From: Lama glama
Lineage: Eukaryota
Direction of reading: 5' to 3'
Assembly (NCBI GenBank): GCA_028534125.1
Contig: CM052816.1
Span: 18,912,001-18,976,000 of the forward strand
DNA length: 64,000 bases
Position numbers and translations under genes: made by a program. The number at the start of each line of letters is the position of its first letter. Position 1 is the first letter of the stretch. The notes beneath the pieces were generated by a model that saw nothing but the letters and a program-made list of their open reading frames with translations, made no database searches and had not been told where the DNA came from. Shown here piece after piece: positions 38,930 to 50,493 of this stretch.

Positions 38930-39500
38930 ATTTAAAATACATTCAAATCAATGTTCATATTTAGCCACAAAACATACAGAGCATCTCTTAAGTGGCAAAC
39001 CCTGTTCTAAACACTGAGAGACAGTTAATAAGATAGACAGGGCACTACTACTAACGTTGAACTTTCAGTTTAGTGAAAGCGATAGACAAGGAGGAGCAAA
39101 CACATAAATATGTGAACAACCCACAGATTTCTGTGCTGGTGCAGATGGAGTGATGTGATGAAGAGTGACAGCTGGGCTGGGGAGGGTGGCTTTGGCCAGG
39201 ATCCTCAGGAGGTCCTCCTCTGAGGAGTACGGGGAGAGAACTCCAGGCAGAGAAGGAACAGCCAGTGCAAAGCCCTAGAAAGCACTAAAGGCACCAAATG
39301 CAGACAGTGGTGCTGGAACAAAGGGCAAAGGAGAGAGGAACTGGCAGTGAGGCTATGATACACCCAGGTCAGCAGGGGGCAGATGACTAAGAGCCTTGTC
39401 CACCAGGGGTAAAGTGAAAAGACAGGGGCATTTTACTTAAGTGCAACGGGAGTCCTTTGAAGGATATTAGGCAGGGAAGTTAAGTGATCTTTTAGCCAGG
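38930..39500 (-). mobile_element. L2 fragment
   Basis: CCAGGCAGAGAAGGAACAGCCAGTGCAAAGCCCT and related antisense L2 motifs. Confidence 0.6.
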
Positions 39501-42500
39501 AAAAGCTGACTTAACATCATGGCAACAAATGAATGAATGAATGAAAAACTACTGAGCTAAGGAAAGTAAGTAGCCAAGGGTCTCTCGGTGACCAGGTCAT
39601 GCTGAGCTCTATAGGGACATGGGGACAAGAAGTCCATGACAGCCCACAAACTCCAAGACCGTGAACTCTGTACCAAACAGAATGCAGAGAATTTCCCCTT
39701 CACCTCTCAGAGAGGACTCTCTTTAGCTCAGCTCTTTGGCCCTTTGTAAGCTCTGCTCACTACACAGATAGGAAGACCAGAGAGGGGAGGAGATTGTTGG
39801 ATGTCACACAGCCAGGTAACTCCCCAAAGCTTAAGGCAAGGGCAGCACTAGAGCTCTCCCGCTGGTCTGCAAGTCCCTGGGGACACCTGATCTTCCCCAC
39901 ATCCCACCCCGTCATCCCTTTTCAGATGCAGAGGGTGAGGCCAGAGAGGAGAAGGATTTTGTCAAGGTACCACAGGGAGCCCAGACTTCTCAATTTTCAC
40001 CAAGAAAACAAGAACAGAGGCCAACTTCAAACACCCAAACATCCCCTCTGTGCCATGGTCACAGCCCTTCCCCACAAGAGCAACCAACCAGCAGACAAGA
40101 CCTTCTCCCACAGAGCTCCCCCACCTCCACACCTGGGATAGCCACCCTCCCCCACAGAGTAGGACTGTGGTTTCCACCCCACATCCCCAGGCCTTAGCTG
40201 GAGCTAGCCACAGAGTGGGAGAGAAGGACAGGAGGAAGATGACAACTGGTCAGCATCATAGGCACTGAAGCCAGAGAGCCCTGGGTTCCATTTCCGGCTC
40301 TACTGCCAGCCGGCCCATGACCTCCGGCATGTGTCTTAAACTCCCTTAAGCCTCAGTCTCCTCATATTTAAGAGGCAGATAAAAATAGACATCTCATAGG
40401 CTTGTGAGTTTAATAAGGTCATGTATATTGACAGTGCAGCTCAGCGTCCCTCTCACAAAATTTGTTCACAAATATTATTTATATCCATATAGATGATGAT
40501 GATGATGGATCTTGTTTGACCCTGGCCATTTCCTGCATTCACAAATGTCATCTAGAACATAATTGTTAAAGCAAGAAAGGAGACTGCGATGTTGTAGCAA
40601 AACTCCCATTTCTCTAAACAAAGTTTTCTGCATAGCCCTCAAATAAGCAGAAAATACAGGCCCACTGGGTTCCCAGTGCTCCCACCCCCACCCCACCCCA
40701 CCCCACCCCAGACTCCAGGAAAGCCACCTCCCAGCTCCCACTCTGGGACACACCTCTCGGTGGTAACAGGTGTTGCGGTGAGCAGCTTGTGGCTTGGGCT
40801 TTGAGAGCTGGTGCTGTCACCGCAGTAACTCCCCCCTCCTTTCTCCCTCGGTGCTCATCGAGGAGGCAGGGGCGTCGGAGGGAGCAGAAGGAGTATCATG
40901 TGGCCAGGGCTTTGGCAGAGCTTGGCTACAACTTGACCTGTGGCCGTGGGAGTGATGGGTGGTGAAAGTGTCACCAGGATTTCAATCTACCCTGACCCTC
41001 ACAGCCACTAAGGGAAATTAGGGACCTCTCCTCCTTGGAGTGTGGCGTCTCCATTTCCCACTCCACTCCAGTTTTTCTCCTAAGGTTATACCACCACCAA
41101 ATGAGTGAACAGATACCCACCCAGCAAGCCCTCCACCAGCTCAGGGGCTGAGCCCCCAGCAGAGCCTGGGGCTGCTTGGTGGTGGTGGTGTGGTGCCGAC
41201 TTGAGGATCAACTCTCAGGTTACAAGAGGTGGAGTCATCCCAGAGAAGTGTGGAACCCAACCCCCCAGTCCCTTCGCCCAAAAGGTGAGGAAGAGCTTTG
41301 TGTGCTCACATGCCATCTTTGCTTCCTCTGCTCTCTTCCTTTCTAGGGCAGGCTCCATCCCACAGACCCTTCCCTCCACCCCCTCATCATCACTGCTATT
41401 ATTAGGGTCATGTTGAGCCACTGATGCTTCTCTACTGCATCCAGCAAAGCAGGGATATTAGGTCAACGCATCACACAGCAATCCACTTCACTTAAACTGA
41501 TAATGAGTAACATATTTCTGTGCCCAGGCTCTGGGGGACCCCATAGTGCCCATGCTAGAGGTGCAATGAGGAGCTCCTTCCCTTCCCGTAAGGAGCAATC
41601 TCTGCTTTTTCTGTCATTACATGCACACGGAGCTGGTTTTCACACTTTTCCTACTTGTTTTTCTCACTTTGGTTTGTAGCTCCCCCAGCCTTCCCCATGT
41701 CCAGGATGCCTGGCACCCAGTCCCTGCTTCTCTTTTACTATTTTTGTTTCAGAGATACTCTTTGAAGTCTCATCCTGGCCCCAGTTGGCATCAGCTGGAG
41801 CACTGAGCACAGTGAAACCTAAGCATTGTTATGAAGTGAGCATTCCATCCAGAATGGCCCCTTCTCTGTCCTCACTATGCAGTACGCGAAAAGGAATATG
41901 GCAAACAACGACCACCTCACTCGGAATATCCAGATTCTCTGTATTTTTTTCCAACACACTGCTAACCCGTCATTACATACGCCAATGCTGCACCCATGCG
42001 TGAGCCTCCTGGGGTCAAGCAGCACTGGGCTCTCCGGGACCTGGACCGGGCCCTTCCGGCTGTCAGAACACCGTCCTTCTGTAAAGTTGATGTGGGCGGC
42101 ATCCTCCCTCCCGCCGCCCCCACCCCCACTTCAGATGCAAAGTGCACATATGGCTCATCTCCATCTTTGGGGGAGGTTCTGTCTAAAGTCCTCCCAAAGA
42201 TTCAGATTGTATGACAAATCACGTTCTAGACTATCGCGGCAAGAAAGGGCCAGGGCATTTGCATCATTACCCCCAGACAACAGCTTCATTAGGCTGAAAG
42301 AGAGGTTTGCAGCCGCGCGAGCTCCGCCACTGACCTGGGCCTCTCACTTCTCCATTGTCTGTGGGCTCCGAGGCTCTTGCTCCAAACCATATGGTCCGTT
42401 TGGGCAACTCACACTGCCTCCCGGGAAAAGCAGGCATGTTCAGAAGCGCTTGGGGCAAGCCAGAGGCCTGCCTGCATCATCCCAGGTGCGATCCTGCCCC

Positions 42501-42728
42501 AAAGTGGGGTCAACCTGAACCAGGAGAAAGAAACCACCAGAGATCAGAGTGGGCTGAGCTCTAAAAAGAAATGTGCAGGATAGAGAGGGAAGGTGTAAAA
42601 CTCCTTAGCCAGAGGGCAAGGGAGATGAGAGCCTTGGCATTTGCCCCCTCAGACAGCGGGCAGCCTGCTGTCCCCAAGCTGTCTGACAGCATGTCCGATG
42701 TTAAGTCTGACAGCATCTTGGTGTGGAG

Positions 42729-42768
42729 AACACCAGGGTAGCAGTATCAACACCAGGGTAGCAGTATC
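42729..42768. repeat. Perfect 20-bp tandem duplication (AACACCAGGGTAGCAGTATC)x2
   Basis: Directly visible. Confidence 0.95.
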
Positions 42769-43529
42769 TTCACCATGGCCCCTTCTCAGTCCTACAAGTA
42801 TCTAGAGACTCCTCAAGGTCCCCAGACTCCAGGCATTTCTCCCTCAAGGATGATGAGCAGACCCACAACCTGGCAGGCTGGAGTCTGAGGCAGCCACTCC
42901 CCTTCTCCAGACAGGAGACCCTGAAAATCCAAAAACCATGCTGCCCATCTAAAGAAGATACCTTTGGGTCTGGCTTAAAGGAGGCTAGGAGACAGGGCCC
43001 AGTGGGTGAGCCCACCTCAATCACTCTCTTCAAAATCCCATCTCTTTGAAACTCCACTTTGCTTCAAGTCTTTGCAAGATTCCAAACAGATGGAATGAAC
43101 CCCAGGGGCCAGCACAGTCACAATGAGCCTGGTTCCACAAGAGAGGAGGGAGCCAGCACCCCTGCCCAGAGGAGACCCTGGCTGGTGCCCTTGTCCTCAA
43201 GAAATGGGCTGAGGTGGGCCTCGCCTGTTGTTTCTTTAAGAGTAGGGGAAGAAAACAGGAACTCTCATGGCACAGCACTTCCATTCCAACCGGGAGGATT
43301 AGGGTCAGGATTAACATTTTAAACTCGACCAGACTTTCTGACTCAGAGATCTTTGCACGCTAATCGTATTACTATCCCTGGGATTATTGCTTTACTCGCT
43401 GCAGAACAGATTCTACAATCAAATTGCTCAAAGTTTCCTCCTGTTTTCTCTCCGCTCCTTTTCGGGAGGTTGGTGGCTTGTTAAGGAGAGGACTTTTAAA
43501 GTTGAATCTCGCTAAATAGTTCTCGCTTT

Positions 43530-44640
43530 CCCCGCGCCAGGCAAAGGGAAGAAGACGGGCGACACGGTTCCTTTATTCCCGCCCACGCCTGCTCCTAATT
43601 CCTGGTAATTTATCCCATATTAAAACTTCTTTAAGTAAGAATGGACAAGCATCAGCACCTGCTATGCAAATGCGGCCAAATCCAGCCCGGACTGGGGGCG
43701 TGCACGCCGGCCGACCGCGAGCGGCCATTCAGCGCTCCCAAGGCGCCGGCGTGCCCTTCATATGGAAACCGGGGCGAGGGCCTGACAGATTGCGACGTGC
43801 TCCTCAGGCCCAGGGCGGGGGCCAGCGAGGGGTGAGAGGGACCGAGTGACAGAAAGCCCTCCCGCCTGGAAGACGCCTCAGTGGGGACAACTGGACCTCT
43901 CCCGCGGGTTTTCTTCGCCCGTGTTTTTTCTCGGACTCATCTCTGAGCGTTTGTCTCCTTGTTGGCCCTGTTTTAATGCCAACACCCATATTCCCCGATT
44001 TTGTCCTTATTCTTCAGGAGAGCTTCTGAAGGGCCCTAAATGGCTCGCGGTCCCCGCTGCCGCACAGGCGTGGTGGTCGCGGCGGCCAGACCCGACCTCG
44101 CCGGGGCCTCCGGAGCGGGCTGAGGAGGGGACAGGTGGTCGTCTTGGGGCCGCGAGCCAGCCCCAGGGCCAGACGCGGCGGGCCTGCCGGATGACAAGGA
44201 TTAGTTGGGTGGGGACACCTTTGAAGCCACATCTCTCCTCACGTGGCCGGCGGCCGCCGCGCAGTCGCCTCTCGTGCGGCCCTAATCCCCTCACGCGGCT
44301 CCGGCGGCGAGCGGGCCTGGCGGGGAGCGGAGCCTCGCGCCTCCTCCGCGCGCGCGCGCGCGCTCAGCCCTGCGCCGTGGGAGGAGCCGTGGCGCCTGGC
44401 TCGCCTGCTCAGGGAGCAGGGTGCGGGGAAGAAGACCCCCTTCTTCCAGCCAAGGAGTCTTTATTTGTGGCTGCATAAAAGAAATCGACGAAAGCCGGCT
44501 GTCCCGGGGCCAGAGCAGACCCGCGGCGGCGGCGAGGGTGGGGGCGCGGGCGCGGCCGGCGTCCCAAAGAGATGCAAAGCGATCGATACATTGTTCAGTC
44601 GCCGCCCGCTCGCTCCGGCCCTTGGGGGCATAGAAAATGA
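43530..44640. promoter_or_regulatory. Orphan CpG island about 8 kb upstream of NEUROG1 (probable enhancer / Polycomb-type island)
   Basis: Very CpG-rich, no credible protein ORF, octamer ATGCAAAT 43664-43671, E-box CATATG 43759-43764. Confidence 0.75.
44347..44362. repeat. (CG)8 dinucleotide tract
   Basis: CGCGCGCGCGCGCGCG directly visible inside the upstream CpG island. Confidence 0.95.
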
Positions 44641-47464
44641 GGCGCTTTCTTCCCCCCTTTAACTCGAGAAGTACCAATAATTCATGTATGTTATAATTCT
44701 TCATTGCCCCTAGGTAGTCTGGGAAAACTGGAAGAAAAGATAATGCCAGAAAGTTATGGTAAAACTTAAGATGCGGCCGAAGTCGCTTTCTTTGCCCCTG
44801 CTGCGACTGTTTGAATAAGAAGAATGCTCCTGGACTGTAACAAGCAAAAAGAATGAAGAAGACAAAAGATTTCCAGAAAAAGGTTTAGCTAGAAGACAAG
44901 GCAAGTGAAACTGAAAGGAGAAAAAAAGCATTTACAATGGAACAATAAGTGTACTAATCGCTTTGATATATTATACAAGCCCAAAGACCCAAAACATTGT
45001 GTAATTATTTATAAATGACTTCTCCACTCCTGTGTATAATGCAGAGGAAAGAATAAAACTGCAGGCTACTCTCTAAACTATTTCTAAATAGACCTGGTTC
45101 AAAAGAAGGCAGAAGTGTTTGAAATAAAATAATTAATGGTGGATTTTATGGTTGTCTCATTAAAACATTTTAATTACTACAAACAAAATGCATTTGTGTT
45201 CAAACCCAACGTGACTTTTATGTGGCCAAGCATTAAAGTAGAGAAAAGCAAAAGGCAAACACTTGAGCTTTTTCTCCATTTTCTTTTTATTTCTAAAGTC
45301 TCTCCTTAAACCAATACTTTAATTCCATGAGGATGAATTTCATTGCGACTTCTTTTGTACACACAGAAGAAAACACACTCACACACTTTTTCCCACACTT
45401 GACTCACAAGCATCTTGGGGGAGGGTGTTTTTAATCTCCACTGAAGGTGTTCTTAAGAATTCAAAAACATGAAGCAGACAAAAATGAAACTGTTCAGCAA
45501 AATTAACTCTGGCTTTAGCAATATCCTGTGGCAGGTGCAGCCTGGATTTGGGGAGCTGAATCTAGTGACAGCAACAGCAGGGGCTATGGTGTATATGTGT
45601 CTGTGTGTATGTGTGCGTTTATTTGAACCCAGAAGATTTAACTTCAAGAAATCTACTAAAGCAAAACTCAGAGGCTTTGAAGGAGGTTCTGGATTGATTG
45701 GTAGCCTTGAGCAGCTGATGTGAAAATGATTGCAGGCCTCACAGCTGGGGTGGGGGGCACCTTCTGCCTGCTCTCTCTTCATTTCTGGGCCTGCACCCTT
45801 TTGGGCCCTCTGTGCACAAGGGTGCACACCCCCTTCGCCTCCCCCAGTCTACTTTGGGCACAAAAAGGACATTGTTTCACCCAAGACTGGCCCACACTAA
45901 AAAACGCACTTTCAAACCTGGGGCCACCCTAAGCACGTATTGTCCCCCTGCCCCCCAAGCAGGCTTGACTAACTACCTCCATTTAAATCTGAAGAATTCT
46001 TATGGAAAGAATTTATTTGGCTGCAAAGTTGCCCAGTGTGTCTTTGGAAAGCATTTCTTCCCCAGCACTAGAATAAAGGAGATTTGCACCAGGGCTACCC
46101 CTGGAGGCCAAGATTCATCCCACACGTAGGCAGATTGTACACAACCAAACACATCAGTGCACAATGCCAAAGAATATTTACGAAGACATCTCCGAGGTGG
46201 GAAATGCATACAGCCGGCACTGTATTTAGCAGGGCAGGGGCCGAGGGGGCCTTCACGGATTTCTGGAAACCATGGATAATTTGCCATTTTCCTTGCTCTG
46301 TCACTGAAAGACCCCTCTGTTTCCCCCCTCCTGTCTCATTTCCCCCTCCCTTTTGCCCCCCTTCCACAACTGTCATGGGTCATCAGTAAAGAAAATAGGG
46401 AATTGTTTCTTCTTTCCATTCCCCCAACCCCACCCTGCTTCTCTCAGATGGAAACGCATATCTGCGGGTGTATTTAACTGACTGAAAGGAACACTGCGCA
46501 CCTCTGGGGCCCACCTCATTCTTCATCCCGTCCTCTTGAGTAGCTGCACCTTTTCTTTCTTTTTTCCAGAAAGATTATGCTTCTTTCCAAAATGCCACCC
46601 ATGAAACCAAGGCTGTCCCTCCCCCTGGTAGCTCCAGAAAAAAGAAAAAGGATGAGGGAAATTGAGCAATTTTGTTTAGAAAGGGTGGCCTTCTCCACGG
46701 CTTTACTTTGTGCAAAAATTCCCATCAAGGCCACCCCCGTGGACATCGGCGTTTCCAACAGCTTTATCAGTGCCGGGCACTGCCCATGCCCAAACCAAGA
46801 TGGATGAGTGGCTTAGTTAGCGGCCACTATTCATGTCTCATCACAAACTGCCTCTGAGAGCTCAGGTATACTGTGAGAAGAGAACTTTGCCTGTAGCCTC
46901 GCAACATTCAGATACAGGTAGGTGCCAGAGCACACTTAATACTCCGTCTAACCAACTGGAGTGGATGGGGAATGATAAATCGCAGCTAAAACAATTTGGG
47001 GGGAAGTATGAAATGCGAGGGTGTCCTTCCCATCTCCAACACATGCCGATTACCATCCCAGCACTTGTAATTACAGAACGCTAACCCTTCATTCCTATTA
47101 TAGCATCTCTAAAGGATAGTTTTCAATTAATTAAGTAAGTAAGTTATTAAAAGATAGTTTGCTCAACCTCAAGCTGATGTGTCTCTGAAAGGGAGGATGG
47201 CAAGGGGGCCATGTTGCTTGGCTTCGTGTCCTCAAAAGGGCTTGAACGCTGTGGGTATTAACTCTGAATGAAATCTACACGTGGTCTATTCCTGGATCTT
47301 CATGCCTACAGGCACTATAATTTGATGTTCATTTAAAATACAGAAATTGTCTTGGGTACAGCACAGACTGCTTTTTATTTTTATGTATTGATCACATTAA
47401 TCTATTACATGTAAACATTTATAATTTGCCACTATTTTCTTCTATTTTGGCTTTTCTTCATTAA

Positions 47465-47505
47465 AATAATAATAATAACAACAACAACAACAATAATAAT
47501 AATAA
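47465..47505. repeat. Compound (AAT)n(AAC)n(AAT)n microsatellite
   Basis: Directly visible. Confidence 0.95.
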
Positions 47506-50042
47506 ACCAAGAATCTCAAAAGACTCTGGAAGCATCAGATGAATTGCTCAGCACTAAGGGCCTTTCTCTCCCATCTTTCCAGGGAAGTGATTCCTTCATC
47601 AGTGTGTTGACATCAGAAAGGTCCTCTCAATAAGGAAATGAAATCACCTTCCTACTGGCTCCAGAGCGGTCTGGAGTCAGACCTCCAGAGCTGCCCTGAA
47701 CAGGTATGCACCCTCTAATGTGCACCTGCATGCCTTCCAGGCTCCTCCCCTCGCCTCACTCCCTCAGTCATCAGATAGGCAGGCAAAGCCACAGGAGGAG
47801 TCCCAGTCTTGGCTTCACTTGGAGCTGATATGAGCTGTCACAGGGAAATGTCCCATTGACCTCAAGGGCTTAGGCAAGCACAGAATTGGAGGGCAGAAGC
47901 TAAAGCAAGATATCTGTTTCAATATGTGGGCAAACTGATGCTCACGGTATCAATCAACAGCGATTCCAGCATGTTGTCCAGATTTCTAGAGATTCTGATT
48001 CTGGGCATCTGGTGTGGGGCCCCCATCATCACTACCACCTCAAGTGCCCACAGTGTGAGAAACTCTGGCTTCATCCAGTCCTTTGGAACATCTGCACCCC
48101 ACCACCTCTGCTCTCCACCTCCCACTCATTGGCAGCTGGATGGCTCATATATCAGGCAACCAGAACACCTGGTGCAGACCTTGCCACTTCGGCATCTGCT
48201 GTTTTTGAATTTATTACATGCCCACATCACATCATATTGTGCTCTGGGAATGAGGACTTCCACAGATGTGCTCAGTAGTAGGCTTCAAGGGATTTTGTGG
48301 GTGGGAGAAATTTCTATCTCCCCTAGCAAGGATATATGTCCCCCAAGAAGGGGCCCAGCCATTTTCTCTCAAGGAGAAAGCTCTGAGCCTCATAGAGAAC
48401 AGGTCTGAGCTGAAGCTACCACCTCATTCTTACTTCCCAGGGTTCAGCTCCATCCTCAAATGGGTCACTTGTAGGAGGAGCCCCCAAGCCTCAGATACAC
48501 TTACTCAAAGCACAAGAGGCAAGCACTAATGTCCAGGGAGGAGCTGCCACATGCACTACCCAAGAGCCAGGAGCAGGCAGGACAAGGCAAAGATGCCTGC
48601 CTGGTCAGGTCAGTAAGGCTCTGGCAGAGGAGGGGGACAAAGGCAAGAGAGAGCACAGAGCTGCCTAACTCATAACATGCCTTTGTGTACATCTGAAAAG
48701 CACATTTCTTGAGAGATGCAGCCCCACCTCAGGGTGCATGGCTTGGTGGGTGGTAGAGAGGCTAGATTCTGGTCCCCAACTTGCCCTGCATATCCTTGTG
48801 CAGTAAACCACTTGAACAACTGTGACAGCCCTACTCAGAGAGAAGCAGCAGGAGAAGGAGACAGAAGGGAAGAAGAAAGGCCACCATAGCCATTCAAGGC
48901 ACATCACAACTGACCCCTACCCTCTTCCCACTAGGCCCCCACAGAAGCCTCATCCAGACTGGGTGCCAGAGGATAGATTCACATCTCACCTATCCTTCAA
49001 GGCCTTTTCTACCCCTCCTCTGCCAGGAAACCTTCCCTGACCACCCATCTTCCCTTTGGGATGTGCACAACGCTCTTCAGATCTATTCCCTCAGTGGGCC
49101 CTCAGCACTTCTCTCAGCCAGTGGCAGGTCACCTTCCTATGGCCATGTCTCCCCTGCCCCAAGACTATAGGTCTGCTGACTCTCCACAGAGCACCTGGCA
49201 CAGGGCTGCATGCAGTAGGTACTCACTGTGTATTCACTGATTAGCTGGGATGGAAAAACATGGAATGAGGGCAGAAAAGGCCCCTGAACCTGGTCCTAAT
49301 TTGACCACAGTAATCCCTGTAATAACCTGGAGAAAAGACCTCCCCATCTCCTGCCTCAGTTCAGTTTCCATATACGAGGTGCAGTGGAGGGATGAATAAA
49401 CACTAAGGGTTATGCTGACATTGAACCCTAGACTCAGAGCCCATGGTCCCCATCAGCCAGGTTTTCACCCCTGTTACCACAATGTCTAGCACAGTGCTTG
49501 GCCCAGATTAGGCAAGCAATATAGTATATGGGTTGCCTCCGTCTCTATGCTTTGGCAAGTTAAGGCAAGTTTAACTTGGTGGCTTATTTGGCAAACCAAT
49601 CCAACTTAGCCAAGTCAAGCAAAAAAAAGCTCTACTGGGAAAAGGCCAACTATGGGGTGTCTTGTGCAATCAATGTGAAGGCTGCAGAACCAGCGTTAGA
49701 AAATAGGGGGTGGGGGAACAGAACCAGGGAAAAGCTAAGTCAGGACACCCACTGGTTACTGGCCACCTCTGCCACCACTGGACACTGCCCTTTCAGGCTG
49801 CTGCCACAACACAAGTGTACTCTGAATTGTCACCAGCTCAGAGCCTAAGTTCCAGGTGGGGTATGTGATTAACCCATTAAGTCACATTGCCAGCAATGGG
49901 GAGGGTGGAGCTCACGCATTTAGATTCCTCAATAGGGAGGCTCTTCAGGTGCCAGGCAGCCAACAAATGACACGTGACCACTCCAATGACCCTGTTCCCT
50001 TGACTAAACAGATTCTCCCTTCCAGAACTTTGGAAAAGAAGC

Positions 50043-50493
50043 TGTAGTATGTTGAATAGTGGCTCCCCAAAAGATACATCCACCCAGAACCTAAGAATGT
50101 GAACTTACTTTGGAATGAAGGTCTTTGTGACTGGAATTAAGGTAAGGATTTCAAGATGAAATCATCCTGGATAAAGGAGGGCCCTAAAGCCAATGACAAG
50201 TGACCTCATAAGAGACAGAAAAGAAGACACAGGAACACAGAGGAGAATAATGCAGAGATTAAAATGGTGCAGCTACAAGTCAAGGAATGCCAAGGGTTGC
50301 CAGGAGGCACCAGATGCTAGAAGAGGCACTGAACAGATTCTCCCTCAGAGCCTCAAAAAAAGCCGATCATGCTGATGCCTTGATTTCAAGATTTTGGCCC
50401 TCTGAACAGTGAGAATAAAGAGAATAAATTTCTGTTGTTTTAAGGCCCTGAGTTTGTAGGAGTTTATTACAGCAGTATCAAGACATACATACA
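50043..50493 (+). mobile_element. MaLR LTR (MLT1-type)
   Basis: TGTAGTATGTTGAATAGTGGCTCCCCAAAAGATA start; GCCAAGGGTTGCCAG...AGATGCTAGAAGAGGCA; AATAAATTTCTGTTGTTTTAAG; ends ...ATACA. Confidence 0.85.

Noticed and set aside
41877..42518. 213-aa ORF on the + strand
   Set aside because: No recognisable protein family, promoter, or splice and polyA context; length is compatible with chance in 64 kb.
43846..44704. ORFs of 137-210 aa on both strands in the upstream CpG island
   Set aside because: Non-ATG or weak starts, Arg/Pro/Gly/Ala-rich low-complexity translations expected from GC-rich DNA, no recognisable domain.
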